Source of the DNA: Devosia ginsengisoli
GTDB lineage: Bacteria; Pseudomonadota; Alphaproteobacteria; Rhizobiales; Devosiaceae
Length of the DNA stretch: 64,000 nucleotides
NCBI RefSeq assembly: GCF_024707105.1
Contig: NZ_JANQAJ010000011.1
Location: forward strand, 195,488 to 259,487
Reading direction: 5' to 3'
A program made the position numbers and the translations under genes. The number at the start of each line of letters is the position of its first letter. Positions within the stretch are counted from its first letter, which is position 1. Below are positions 19,740 through 29,811 of the stretch, one piece after another. Under the pieces are notes generated by a model that was not told the origin of the DNA, did no database searches, and saw nothing but the letters and a program-made list of their open reading frames with translations.

Positions 19740-21254
19740 ATGAACGTTCAGGAATTGTCGTCGAAGCGTCCAGATGTGCTTGTTGTGGGAGCTGGCAACG
19801 CGGCCTTGTGCTCGGCAATTTCCGCTCATGAGCAGGGCGCCAACGTGCTGATCATCGAGGCAGCGCCGCTCGATGAACGGGGCGGCAATTCCTTCTTCAC
19901 CGGCGGCGCTTTCCGTTTCGCCTATGACGGCGTTGACGACCTGCGTGGTGTGTCGGCTGCGCTGGACGAGGAGAACCTGGAAAATATCGATTTCGGCACG
20001 TACACGACGGACCAGTATTTCGACGACATGTACGAGCTGACCCAGTACCGCACCGATCCCGAACTCTGCGAAGTCCTGGTGCGCAATAGCCTCGAGACGG
20101 CCAAATGGTTTGCCCGTCAGGGCGTGGAGCTTCGGCCTGGGCTGGGGCGCCAGGCCTTCAAGGTCGATGGCAAGTTCAAGTTCTGGGGCGGTCTCGCCTT
20201 GCACATTTCCGGCGGTGGTCCGGCGATGATGGAAGCCCTTTACAAGAATGCCGAGCGGCGTGGCATCGAGATCATCTACGATTGCCCCGCACAAAGCCTG
20301 ATCCAGGAAGGCGGTCGTGTCGTCGGCGTCGGTGCGCGGCTGCGCGGCGAGCCGGTGGATATTCGCGCCGGCGCGGTCGTGCTGGCTTGCGGCGGCTTTG
20401 AGTCCAACCCCGAAATGCGCGCCAACTATCTGGGCCAGGGCTGGGACATGGCCAAGGTTCGCGGCACAAGGTTCAATATGGGGCAGGGACTCAAGATGGC
20501 TCTTGCCATCGGCGCCAAGCCCCATGGCAACTGGTCGGGCTGTCACTCGGTGGCATGGGACGTCAATGCGCCGCCAACGGGCGACCTGACGGTCGGCGAC
20601 CAGTTCCAGAAGCACAACTATCCCTTCGGCATCATGGTCAACGCCAAGGGCGAGCGCTATGTGGACGAAGGCGCCAACTTCCACAGCCACACCTATGCCA
20701 AATATGGCGGCGAAATCCTAAAGCAGCCTGGCATGTTCGCCTGGCAAGTGTTTGATTCCAAAGTCTCACATTTGTTGCGTAGTGAGTACCGCATCCGGCG
20801 TGTGACCAAGGCGGAATCCGATACGCTGGAAGGACTCGCCGAGCAGTTGGAGGGCGTCAATCCCAAGCAGTTCCTGGAGACGGTGCGAGCCTTCAACGAC
20901 GCCTGTCGGTCGGATGTGCCATTCAATCCCAACATTCTCGACGGGCGCGGCACATCCGGCCTGCAGATCGACAAGACCAATTGGGCCAACGCGCTCGATA
21001 CACCGCCATACCACGCCTATCACGTGACCACCGGCGTTACCTTCACCTTCGGCGGCCTCAAGGTTACGCCGGAAGCCGAAGTCGAGGACTCCTATTCCGG
21101 CGTGGTCAAAGGGCTCTATGCCGCCGGCGAGATGGTGGGAGGCCTGTTCTTCCAGAACTATGCGAGTGGCACCGGCCTGATGTCGGGCGCCACCTTTGGT
21201 CGCCTGGCCGGCGCGGGCGCGGCACGCTTCGCCCAGCAAGCCAAGGCGGCCTGA
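19740..21254 (+). CDS. FAD-dependent dehydrogenase, tricarballylate dehydrogenase (TcuA)-like / fumarate reductase flavoprotein-like
   Basis: ORF 19623..21254; start moved to MNVQELSSKRPDVLVVGAGNAALCSA (ATG 19740). LACGGFESN. C-terminal GLYAAGEMVGG. No tcuB-like partner nearby. Confidence 0.8.
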   Translation: MNVQELSSKRPDVLVVGAGNAALCSAISAHEQGANVLIIEAAPLDERGGNSFFTGGAFRFAYDGVDDLRGVSAALDEENLENIDFGTYTTDQYFDDMYELTQYRTDPELCEVLVRNSLETAKWFARQGVELRPGLGRQAFKVDGKFKFWGGLALHISGGGPAMMEALYKNAERRGIEIIYDCPAQSLIQEGGRVVGVGARLRGEPVDIRAGAVVLACGGFESNPEMRANYLGQGWDMAKVRGTRFNMGQGLKMALAIGAKPHGNWSGCHSVAWDVNAPPTGDLTVGDQFQKHNYPFGIMVNAKGERYVDEGANFHSHTYAKYGGEILKQPGMFAWQVFDSKVSHLLRSEYRIRRVTKAESDTLEGLAEQLEGVNPKQFLETVRAFNDACRSDVPFNPNILDGRGTSGLQIDKTNWANALDTPPYHAYHVTTGVTFTFGGLKVTPEAEVEDSYSGVVKGLYAAGEMVGGLFFQNYASGTGLMSGATFGRLAGAGAARFAQQAKAA

Positions 21255-21284
21255 TCGGACGACCATGCCAGCAGGACGAGGACC

Positions 21285-22679
21285 ATGGTGACGGCTCGAA
21301 CACAACAGGCGGCGAGTCTGCCGGCCTATACCGAGGCGCTGGCGGACTATGCGGTCAATCTAACCTTCGGGGACTTGCCGCCGCATGTTGTCGCGGCCGC
21401 GGGAAATTGCCTTGTGGATGCCGTTGCCTGCGCATGGTTCGGTAGCAGGTTCGAGTGGTCGCAAGCTGTGGTGAGCGCTGTTGAACGACCTGCTGGTGCG
21501 GTGACGGTACCGGGTATGGACATCACCACGGATGCGGCGACCGCGGCGCTTCTGTCGGGCGTTTTCGCTCATGCCTTCGAACTCGATTCCCTCCGTAAGC
21601 CTGGGGCCGGTGTTCATCCCGGAGCGACTGTTGCGCTGCCGGCGCTGGCAGTAGCCCAGTCGCTTGGGAGCAGCGGGCGGGAGTTGCTGGCCGCCATCGT
21701 CGCCGGTATCGAGGTGATGTTCCGCATCGGCGCGGCGACGCTTCACACGGCCGAGAAGCGGGGCTTTCATGCACCGGGCATCACGGGTGTCTTCGGTTCC
21801 GCAGTGGCCGCGGGCCGCCTTATGGGACTTTCATCACGGCAGATGGCCCATTGCCTTGGTATTGCCGCCTCGATGAGCGGCGGGTTGCTGCGCTTCGCCG
21901 CCTCCGGCGATGGCGGCATGGTCAAACGACTCCATCTGGGACGGGCCGCGCAGAACGGGGTCATTGCCGCCCGGCTCGCTGCCGCTGGCTATGAGGGGCC
22001 GAGCGCGGTGATCGAAGGCCCGGGTGGCGTGCTCGAAACCTTTTGCGAAACGTCACGCCCCGAACTGCTCGATGCCGGGTTGGGCAGCCGCTACGAGATC
22101 GAGACGCTGTGCATCAAGCGCTATGCCTGCCACGTCACTGCCCAGGCGCCCATCCAGATGCTGTCGGATTGGCGTGCATCCAGTGCATTCGGCCCCGCTG
22201 ACATCGCTGGAATTGAACTCGATGTGGCTCCCAAGCTTGCCAGCCATCACGCCGAGCGGCACCCGGCCGACATGGCGCTGGCGCAGTACAGCGTGCCGTT
22301 CATGCTCGCCTTCTCGGCCTACATCGACCTCGATGATCCCGGAAGCTTGACCGATGCCGCAATACGGGCGCCCAGGGTGCATGCACTGGCCGATCGCATC
22401 CGCATGACCGCTGATCCGGCGCTCAAGGGGTGGTCAACGCGCATGCGGGTGACGCTCACCGATGGTCGCGTGCTGGTGGGCGAGCCGGCCGGCTTCGTAG
22501 GTTGCCCGGAGAGCCCGCTCGATGCGGCTCAGTTGCGCCGACGCTTCCTGTCGCTGACCCGTGCCTTTCCGCAGTTGCAGATGCAGGCGTTGGCTGACGC
22601 GCTGGAAAATATCGCCACCTGCATAGACGTTTCGCAGCTGCCTCTGGGCTTGGTCGCCGCGGAGGGCCGCCAACCATGA
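21285..22679 (+). CDS. MmgE/PrpD-family protein, paralogue 3
   Basis: 464 aa. CLVDAVACAWFG, AFELDSL, GFHAPGITG, VKRLHLGRAAQNG. Confidence 0.85.
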   Translation: MVTARTQQAASLPAYTEALADYAVNLTFGDLPPHVVAAAGNCLVDAVACAWFGSRFEWSQAVVSAVERPAGAVTVPGMDITTDAATAALLSGVFAHAFELDSLRKPGAGVHPGATVALPALAVAQSLGSSGRELLAAIVAGIEVMFRIGAATLHTAEKRGFHAPGITGVFGSAVAAGRLMGLSSRQMAHCLGIAASMSGGLLRFAASGDGGMVKRLHLGRAAQNGVIAARLAAAGYEGPSAVIEGPGGVLETFCETSRPELLDAGLGSRYEIETLCIKRYACHVTAQAPIQMLSDWRASSAFGPADIAGIELDVAPKLASHHAERHPADMALAQYSVPFMLAFSAYIDLDDPGSLTDAAIRAPRVHALADRIRMTADPALKGWSTRMRVTLTDGRVLVGEPAGFVGCPESPLDAAQLRRRFLSLTRAFPQLQMQALADALENIATCIDVSQLPLGLVAAEGRQP

Positions 22680-25012
22680 CCGCCGTTGATGCTTATGTAG
22701 CCGACGATGCAGTCGATGCCGAAACGCTCCAGATGTTGCGGGACAGTGTCCGGCGTTTCAACGAGCAGGGCGGCCTCAGGCGCGTGCGCAACCTGCGGAA
22801 AACCCAACCCGGCTTTGACCGCGACGCGTGGCACGAAATGGCGCAGCAGGGCTGGCTGGGCACCATCATTCCGGAAGAGTCCGGTGGGCTCGGGCTGCCC
22901 TTTGCAGCGATGCAGGTCATCGTTGAAGAACTGGCGCGCGGCCTCAGCCCGGAGCCAGTCGTGGGTTGCGCCGTTCATGCGGCAACGGTGCTGCTGGGAT
23001 GTCGGGAGAGCGGCCGTGGCACGGAACTGCTGAGCCAGATCGCATCGGGCGATAAAATCTATGCGGTCGCGGAGTCCGATATCGCGATTACGCGTGATGG
23101 CAATGCGATGCTGCTTGGCGGCACTGCACGGCATATCCTGCCCGCACTGGCGACCGATGGGTTTATCGTTGCCGCTCGCGACGGCGCTAAGACCCTGGTG
23201 GTTTTCGTCGACGCTGCGGCGCCTGGCATATCGATCACACCCGAAAACCGTGCCGATGGCACCTTTTCGGGCACCATCACTTTCGTCGAGGTGCCGGTAT
23301 CGGCAGAAAGTGTGCTGGCTGAAGGCGCTGCAGCTTCGGCGGCGCTGGCCCGAGGGCGGGCAGCAGCAACGCTGATGACGGCCGCGGAGCTGTTCGGCGC
23401 GATGGATCAGGCCCTGTCCATCACCCTGGACTACATGAAAACACGCGTGCAGTTCGACAGGCCCATCGGCAGTTTCCAGGCCCTGCAGCACCGTGTGGTG
23501 GATCTCTATATCCAGAAGGAATTGAGCCGTTCCGTGCTCGCGGAAGCAATCGCCGCGCTCGATGAATCCGATGATCTCGAGCTGATCGAGATGGAAGCTT
23601 CCCGGGCCAAGGCTCGTTGCAGCTCGGCGGGACTGTTGATCGGCCGTGAAGCGATCAAGCTGCATGGCGCCATCGGCGTAACCGACGAATATGATGTCGG
23701 CCTCTATCTCAAGCGCCTGCTGTCGCTGGCTGCCCTTCATGGCAATGCACCGGCTCATCGCACCCGCTATGGCGCAGTGCTGGCGCGTCGCCAGGGCGGT
23801 TTGGATGAGGGGCGGGGCATGGTCGCGGCGGTGCCTGCCGAGTTCATGGCCGAGCAAAAGCTGGCCGTGGATTGGAACAGCTTTTCGAACGATGCTTTCC
23901 GGGCCGGCATCCGCGCCTATCTTGAGGCGTACTATCCGCAGCATCTCAGAGGGTTGGGCCGGCGCGGAACACCCGGCGAAATGGCGGATTGGCTCGACCG
24001 CATGGTGCGCAAGGGGTGGATAGCCCCTGCCTGGCCTGTCGAGCATGGTGGAATGGGCCTGTCGCCGGCCAAGCAGGTGATCTTTATCGAGGAGCGCGAG
24101 CGCGTCGGAGTCGCCCGAAATCCGGATCAGGGCGTGGTGATGTTCGGGCCTATGCTCATGCGCTACGGCACGGACGAGCAGAAGCGCCGCTTCCTGCCCA
24201 AGATTGTCACCAACGAGCACATCTGGTGCCAGGGCTATTCCGAACCCAATGCCGGCTCCGACCTCGCAAGTCTGCGTACGGAGGCGGTGCGGGATGGCGA
24301 AACCTTCATCATCAACGGGTCCAAGATCTGGACCACGATGGCGCACCACGCGACGCATATGTTCCTGCTGGCGCGCACCAACAAGGCCGTGAAGAAGCAG
24401 GAAGGCATCAGCTTCTTTGTGCTCGACCTGAAGACATCAGGCGTGACCATCCGCCCCATCGGCAACCTGGCAGGGCACGAAGAGTTCTGCGGGGTCTTCT
24501 TCGACGAAGTCCGCGTGCCTGCCGAAAACCTTGTTGGCGATCTCGACAAGGGATGGTCGGTCGCCAAATCACTGCTCGGCTTCGAGCGCCTCAACAATGG
24601 TAGCCCGCGGCGCGTGCAGGGTCCGCTCAAGCTGCTGCAGCAGGTTGCCGATGCCCGTTCGCTGGCCTTGGACCCGGTCTATCGGGAAAAATACACCGCG
24701 ATCTATCTGGATATCACCGACCTAAAATCAGCCTATTCGCGCTTCTCGGACATCGTGGGCAATGGTCTTATGCCAGGCCCGGAAATCTCGCAGCTCAAGA
24801 TATGGGCCGGCGAATGCGCTCAGAGGCTCTCGGAGCTGTTGATCGAGACGGCCGGTGAGGAGGGGGGAATCGTCGGCCGGCAGGCCTTCGGCAGCGCCGA
24901 TATCGATGTCCTTGCTCCGTTCTACGCAATGTTCCCGTCGCAGATCGCGTCGGGCTCAAACGACATCCAGCGCAACGTGCTGGCTCAGCGTGTGCTCGGA
25001 CTGCCGAAGTAG
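22676..25012 (+). CDS. tandem acyl-CoA dehydrogenase fusion (two ACAD-fold halves in one 778-aa polypeptide)
   Basis: The N-half (about aa 1-385) has ACAD architecture but no S-E-P-x-x-G-S-D flavin motif. The C-half (about aa 400-778) has [16 protein letters not shown] and GSKIWTT. ATGA overlap with the upstream PrpD gene. etfBA follow. Confidence 0.8.
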   Translation: MTAVDAYVADDAVDAETLQMLRDSVRRFNEQGGLRRVRNLRKTQPGFDRDAWHEMAQQGWLGTIIPEESGGLGLPFAAMQVIVEELARGLSPEPVVGCAVHAATVLLGCRESGRGTELLSQIASGDKIYAVAESDIAITRDGNAMLLGGTARHILPALATDGFIVAARDGAKTLVVFVDAAAPGISITPENRADGTFSGTITFVEVPVSAESVLAEGAAASAALARGRAAATLMTAAELFGAMDQALSITLDYMKTRVQFDRPIGSFQALQHRVVDLYIQKELSRSVLAEAIAALDESDDLELIEMEASRAKARCSSAGLLIGREAIKLHGAIGVTDEYDVGLYLKRLLSLAALHGNAPAHRTRYGAVLARRQGGLDEGRGMVAAVPAEFMAEQKLAVDWNSFSNDAFRAGIRAYLEAYYPQHLRGLGRRGTPGEMADWLDRMVRKGWIAPAWPVEHGGMGLSPAKQVIFIEERERVGVARNPDQGVVMFGPMLMRYGTDEQKRRFLPKIVTNEHIWCQGYSEPNAGSDLASLRTEAVRDGETFIINGSKIWTTMAHHATHMFLLARTNKAVKKQEGISFFVLDLKTSGVTIRPIGNLAGHEEFCGVFFDEVRVPAENLVGDLDKGWSVAKSLLGFERLNNGSPRRVQGPLKLLQQVADARSLALDPVYREKYTAIYLDITDLKSAYSRFSDIVGNGLMPGPEISQLKIWAGECAQRLSELLIETAGEEGGIVGRQAFGSADIDVLAPFYAMFPSQIASGSNDIQRNVLAQRVLGLPK

Positions 25013-25043
25013 CGGTCCGGGCCTGTTATCCGAGGTTTTGCAA

Positions 25044-25793
25044 ATGAAGATTCTTGTTGCCGTCAAACGCGTCGTCGATCCGAATGTGAGGGTGCGCGTG
25101 CGCCCGGACGGGCAGGGGGTCGAACTCACCAACGTCAAGATGGCCATGAATCCGTTCGATGAAATTGCCGTCGAAGAGGCGCTGCGGCTGAAGGAGGCTG
25201 GCAAGGCCGAGGAGGTGGTGCTGGTTTCCATCGGCCCGGCGCAGGCCAACGAGACTCTGCGCAACGGTCTGGCCATGGGCGCCGACAGGGGCATTCATGT
25301 GCAGACCGATGCGCGTGTCGAGCCGCTCGCCGTTGCCAAGCTGCTCAAGGCAATCGCCGTCGAAGAGGCGGCCGATCTGATGTTTCTCGGCAAGCAGGCC
25401 ATCGACGACGATGCCAACCAGACCGGCCAGATGCTGGCAGCGCTGCTGGGCTGGGCGCAGGGCACTTTTGCATCGAGGGTCGAACTCGGTGAAGGGCGGG
25501 TATCCGTCACAAGGGAAGTGGATGGTGGCCTCCAGACAGTATCGCTGAAATTGCCGGCGGTGATCACCACCGACCTGCGGCTCAACGAGCCGCGCTATGC
25601 GTCGCTGCCCAACATCATGAAGGCCAAGAAGAAGCCGATCGACGTCCGCACGGTCGAAAGCCTCGGCGTGGATATTTCGCCACGACACACGGTGCTCTCG
25701 GTGACCGAACCACCGGCGCGCAAGGCAGGTACCCTGGTGGCATCGGTCGATGAACTGCTCGACCGGCTGCGCAACGAGGCCGGCGTTCTCTGA
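25044..25793 (+). CDS. etfB: electron transfer flavoprotein subunit beta
   Basis: ORF 24855..25793; start moved to [19 protein letters not shown] (ATG 25044). [34 protein letters not shown]. Confidence 0.95.
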   Translation: MKILVAVKRVVDPNVRVRVRPDGQGVELTNVKMAMNPFDEIAVEEALRLKEAGKAEEVVLVSIGPAQANETLRNGLAMGADRGIHVQTDARVEPLAVAKLLKAIAVEEAADLMFLGKQAIDDDANQTGQMLAALLGWAQGTFASRVELGEGRVSVTREVDGGLQTVSLKLPAVITTDLRLNEPRYASLPNIMKAKKKPIDVRTVESLGVDISPRHTVLSVTEPPARKAGTLVASVDELLDRLRNEAGVL

Positions 25794-25815
25794 ACGCCAG
25801 ACAGGAGTAGAGACA

Positions 25816-26748
25816 ATGGCAACGCTGCTGATCGCAGAACACGACAATACCAATCTCAACGAACTGACGGCCCGCGCCCTCACTGCCGCCCGCGCCATGC
25901 AATCGCCGGTGACGCTGCTGGTCGCCGGCTCGAACTGCCAGGCGGTGGCCGAACAGGCCGCCGGCCTTGGTGGAATCGAGAGGGTTCTCGTCGCTGATGC
26001 CCCGCATCTGGCCCAGCAGGCCGCCGAGCCAATGGGCGCCCTCATTGCCGAACTGGCGCAGGATTTTCAGGCGGTGCTTGCCGTTGCCAGTTCCACCGGC
26101 AAGAGCGTCCTGCCAAGGGCTGCGGCCTTGCTGGACGTGATGCAGGTGTCGGAAGTGACCAAGATCGTTTCCCCCGATACGTTCGTGCGGCCGATCTATG
26201 CCGGCAACGCGATCGAGACGATCCAGTCGAGCGATCCGATCAAGGTCATCACGATACGCTCGAGCGCATTCGAGCCGGCCGGGCAGGGCGACGCGAGTGC
26301 CCCCATAGTTGCCGTGCCGACCCCGAAGACTCGGCATTGTCGACCTTTGAACGCCAGGAACTGGCGCAGACGGACCGGCCCGATCTGGGATCGGCGCGCA
26401 TCGTCATTTCCGGGGGGCGGGCATTCGGCTCGAAGGAAACATTCGACAAGTTCCTCGAACCCATCGCCGCCAAACTCGGTGCCGCTATCGGCGCATCCCG
26501 CGCCGCCGTCGACCTCCGGTTATGCCGGCAACGAGTTGCAGGTTGGGCAGACCGGCAAGGTGGTTGCCCCCGATCTCTACATCGCCTGCGGCATATCCGG
26601 GGCCATCCAGCACCTGGCCGGCATGAAGGACTCGCGCTACATCGTCGCCATCAACAAGGATGCCGATGCGCCGATCTTCCACGTCGCCGACTACGGACTG
26701 GTCGGCGACCTCTTCGAAATCCTGCCTGAGCTCGAGAGCAAGCTCTAG
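25816..26748 (+). pseudogene. etfA: electron transfer flavoprotein subunit alpha with two compensating frameshifts (or two sequencing errors)
   Basis: The long ORF (start [14 protein letters not shown] 25816) is open throughout. Its segment [12 protein letters not shown]...APPSTSG is nonsense. The conserved EtfA segment [66 protein letters not shown] lies in another frame (ORF 26337..26729). Frame change 1 is between about 26300 and 26320 (one base missing). Frame change 2 is at 26513..26517 (one base extra), after which [22 protein letters not shown]...[15 protein letters not shown] resumes. Confidence 0.85.
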
Positions 26749-27149
26749 GCCCCGGTGGGACGAAACATGGGGACCGGCGGCGTGCCATCGCCGCTGGTCT
26801 GGCCGAAGACGAGCTCCACCTGCTGGCCGATATGCAGCCGGTCGAGATCGCATTCCACGATATTGGTCAGCATGCGCGGCCCTTCAGCGAGTTCGACATA
26901 GGCCACTGCATAGGGCGGCTTGGCACGGCGCATGACGGTCCAGCTATAGATCGTACCGGCACCACTCGCCTCGACCCATTCGGTTTTCTCGCTCCAGCAG
27001 AAAGGGCACATTGTGCGCGGAAACCAGTGGGTTTCGCCACAGGATGTGCAGCGCTTGATGAGGAAACGCCCTTGCGCCGCGGCGTCCCAAAAGGGCTGCG
27101 ATTCGGCGTCCGGCTGCGGCGCGGGAACGGTTCGTCCGGTTGGCTGCAT
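26745..27149 (-). CDS. DUF35 (Zn-ribbon + OB-fold) acyl-CoA-associated protein, partner of the adjacent thiolase-like enzyme
   Basis: ORF 26745..27431; start moved to [12 protein letters not shown] (ATG 27149). Zn ribbon [18 protein letters not shown] followed by an OB-fold region. 5 bp downstream of the thiolase gene. Confidence 0.8.
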   Translation of the reverse strand: MQPTGRTVPAPQPDAESQPFWDAAAQGRFLIKRCTSCGETHWFPRTMCPFCWSEKTEWVEASGAGTIYSWTVMRRAKPPYAVAYVELAEGPRMLTNIVECDLDRLHIGQQVELVFGQTSGDGTPPVPMFRPTGA

Positions 27150-27154
27150 GTCGA

Positions 27155-28321
27155 TTACTCCCGTTCCAGAATGAGGGTGCCGCTGCCATGGCGCGTAGCG
27201 AGCTGGCCGCCCGTGCCATGCACCAGGGCCAGGTCGCAATTGGCGACCTGCACCGCAGGGTGGGCTTCGCCGCGCAGTTGCCGCACGGCCTCGATGATCT
27301 TGGTGATACCGCCCCGGTTCGCCGGGTGGTTGTTGCATAATCCGCCGCCGTCGGTGTTGAACGGCAGGCGGCCGACACCGGAGATGAGATTGCCATCGGC
27401 AACGAATGCGCCGCCCCTGCCCTTGGCGCAAAAGCCGAGGTCTTCCAGTTGGAGCAGCACCGTTATGGTGAAGCTGTCATAGAGCGACACATATTTGATG
27501 TCGGTGACGGCTACGCCGGCCTCGGCAAAGGCGGCCGGTCCGGTTCGGACCGCACCGGTATAGCTGAGATCGATCTTCCCGCCGGCCTGATGCTTGGTGG
27601 TTTCGCCCGCGCCAAGCACGCGAACCAGCGGCCGATTGAGCTTTCTGGCAATCTCGGGTCGCGCCACGATGACGGCGCCACCGCCATCGCTGATGACGCA
27701 GCAGTCCAGGCGGTGCAGCGGATCCGCAACCATGGGCGAACTGACGACGTCTTCCACAGTGACGACATCGCGTAGAACGGCATTGGGATTGTGTTGCGCG
27801 TGATGAGAGGCGGCAACCTTAATCCAGGCCAGTTGCTCACTGGTGGTGCCGAACTCGTACATGTGCCGCTGGGCGGCCAGCGCGTAGCTCACGGCTGTCG
27901 GAATGGCATAGGGGTATTCCCATTGCACATCCGGCGCGGCGACATGGCGGATGCGTGGCGTGGTGCCGGTGCGAACATCGTCGGCCTTCGGCCTGCCGGC
28001 AAGGCTGATCAGTGCGACATTGCACTTGCCCAGCGCGATGGCCTCCGCCGCATGAGCCACCTGCACGATCGGCGAGACCCCGCCGATATCGGTCGAGTCG
28101 ACATGGCGCACCTCGAGGTTGAGGTAGTTCAGCAATGACTGCAGTCCGCCCGGCGCATCGCCGGAGCAGAAATAGCCGTCGATATCTGCCTTGCTCAGCC
28201 CCGCATCGGCGATAGCGCCGGCGGCCACCTCGGCATGAAGCTGTGCATGGGACTTGTCGGGAGCAAAGCGAGTCGGGTGCTCGAAGGCTCCGACGATGTA
28301 AGCCGCGCCGCGGATTGTCAT
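27155..28321 (-). CDS. SCP-x/nonspecific lipid-transfer-protein-type thiolase-like enzyme
   Basis: 388 aa thiolase fold (AYIVGAFEHPTRFAP...; C-terminal ALVHGTGGQLATRHGSGTLILE). Paired with DUF35, as in BbsAB and Ltp2-type systems. Confidence 0.8.
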   Translation of the reverse strand: MTIRGAAYIVGAFEHPTRFAPDKSHAQLHAEVAAGAIADAGLSKADIDGYFCSGDAPGGLQSLLNYLNLEVRHVDSTDIGGVSPIVQVAHAAEAIALGKCNVALISLAGRPKADDVRTGTTPRIRHVAAPDVQWEYPYAIPTAVSYALAAQRHMYEFGTTSEQLAWIKVAASHHAQHNPNAVLRDVVTVEDVVSSPMVADPLHRLDCCVISDGGGAVIVARPEIARKLNRPLVRVLGAGETTKHQAGGKIDLSYTGAVRTGPAAFAEAGVAVTDIKYVSLYDSFTITVLLQLEDLGFCAKGRGGAFVADGNLISGVGRLPFNTDGGGLCNNHPANRGGITKIIEAVRQLRGEAHPAVQVANCDLALVHGTGGQLATRHGSGTLILERE

Positions 28322-28356
28322 CTCTTGCTCCGGTTATGGTTCGTGAATCTTCCAAA

Positions 28357-28374
28357 TTGTATACTAGCGAATTC
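28357..28374. promoter_or_regulatory. candidate operator TTGTATAC-tagc-GAATTC upstream of the thiolase gene
   Basis: Read directly. 38 bp upstream of ATG 28321 (minus strand). Confidence 0.6.
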
Positions 28375-28446
28375 CTCCACGACAACGGCTAAACAGCCTG
28401 CGCGATATACATCCTTCGTCGGCAGGCGCTTGCGTGTCCGGAGTGA

Positions 28447-28464
28447 TGGTATACAGTAGAATTC
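28447..28464. promoter_or_regulatory. candidate operator TGGTATAC-agta-GAATTC upstream of the MFS transporter gene
   Basis: Read directly. 90 bp from the previous site, in the same divergent intergenic region. Confidence 0.6.
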
Positions 28465-28506
28465 ATTGCGCCGGCTTGTCGGCGTTTGGCGAAAGAATCA
28501 GACCAA

Positions 28507-29793
28507 ATGGCAGCCAGTTTCCAGTTCGGCAAAATCCTGCAAACACTGGCGCATCGCAATTTCGGGGTCTATGTCGCGGGCAATGTCGGCTCGCTCATCG
28601 GCACCTGGATGCAGCGAATCGCGGCAGGCTGGTTCACCTGGGAGCTGACGCAATCGGCCACCTGGCTCGGGCTCATAGCTTTTGCGGATCTCTTTCCTGC
28701 CGTGGTGATTGCGCCCTTTGCCGGAGTGGCGGCAGACCGGTGGGATCGTCTGAAAATGATGAAGCTGGCCCAGATACTGGGCTTCCTGATCGGCGGTGCG
28801 CTGGCATTGCTGTTCTTCGTCGGTCAGGTGACGGTCTGGACATTGCTGATCGTGACCCTGATGCTCGGCACCGTCGATGCCTTCGTCCAGCCCTTCCGGC
28901 TGGCCTTCGTGTCGGCGCTGGTGCCTAGATCTGACCTCACGACCGCCGTGGCCATCAAGTCCATCACGTTCAACCTGGCGCGGTTCGTCGGTCCGGCCAT
29001 AGCCGGCATCGTCATTGCCACTGTTGGCGTCGGTTGGGCCTTCGCGGCAAATGCCCTGTCGTTTCTGGTGCTGCTCGGTGCGTTGTTGCTGGTGCGCCTG
29101 GCGCCTGTCGTGCGGATTGCGCCGGTCAAGAAAGTATCCGTCATCGCCGATGCCATCGAGGGCGTTCGGCATGCGGTATCGACGCCGGGCATCGGCATCG
29201 TGCTAGGCCTGCTCGGGGTGACATGCCTGGCGGGTCGTCCGGTTGTCGAACTGCTTCCCGGCTGGGCAGGGGAGATATTCTCGGGTGATGCCAGCGATCT
29301 GGCAGCCCTCACCTCTGCGGTCGGCATCGGCGCAGTGTTCGGTGGACTGTGGCTCGCCGGCAGGCCGAGCATTGTCGGACTGGTCAGAGCCTATCTGTTT
29401 TGCTGCCTGGGCATGGCGCTGTCTCTGCTGGCCTTTTCGTTGTCGTTCCACACACTGGTCGCTCTGCCGACAATGGTGGTTTCCGGCTTCTTCCTCGTGG
29501 CGTCGGCTATCTGCGCCCAGACTCTGGTACAGGTGAATGTCGAGGACGGTTTGCGCGGCCGGGTACTCAGCGTCTACGCGATGATCCTGCGTGGCGGGCC
29601 GGCAGTGGGTGCGCTGATCATGGGTTATTTGGCCGACTTTATCGGGCTGCGATTGCCCCTGGTCGGCGGCTGCATCATTCTGCTGGTTGCCACCGGGCTG
29701 GTATTCCTGCGCCGGCGCGAAATCGAGGAGGTGCTTGAGAGCCGGTTCAAGCTGCCCGAGGCGCCAACGGTAGCGGGCGACGGCAGGGATTGA
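28507..29793 (+). CDS. MFS transporter (MFS_3/EntS-like architecture)
   Basis: ORF 28486..29793; probable start MAASFQFGKIL (ATG 28507). About 12 hydrophobic segments. Loop motif PFAGVAADRWDR. Confidence 0.8.
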   Translation: MAASFQFGKILQTLAHRNFGVYVAGNVGSLIGTWMQRIAAGWFTWELTQSATWLGLIAFADLFPAVVIAPFAGVAADRWDRLKMMKLAQILGFLIGGALALLFFVGQVTVWTLLIVTLMLGTVDAFVQPFRLAFVSALVPRSDLTTAVAIKSITFNLARFVGPAIAGIVIATVGVGWAFAANALSFLVLLGALLLVRLAPVVRIAPVKKVSVIADAIEGVRHAVSTPGIGIVLGLLGVTCLAGRPVVELLPGWAGEIFSGDASDLAALTSAVGIGAVFGGLWLAGRPSIVGLVRAYLFCCLGMALSLLAFSLSFHTLVALPTMVVSGFFLVASAICAQTLVQVNVEDGLRGRVLSVYAMILRGGPAVGALIMGYLADFIGLRLPLVGGCIILLVATGLVFLRRREIEEVLESRFKLPEAPTVAGDGRD

Positions 29794-29811
29794 ACAGGCC
29801 TGGCCACTGGC

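Noticed and set aside
22529-24358. 609-aa minus-strand ORF
   Set aside because: Antisense to the tandem ACAD gene, with low-complexity R/G/A/H composition and no domain signature.
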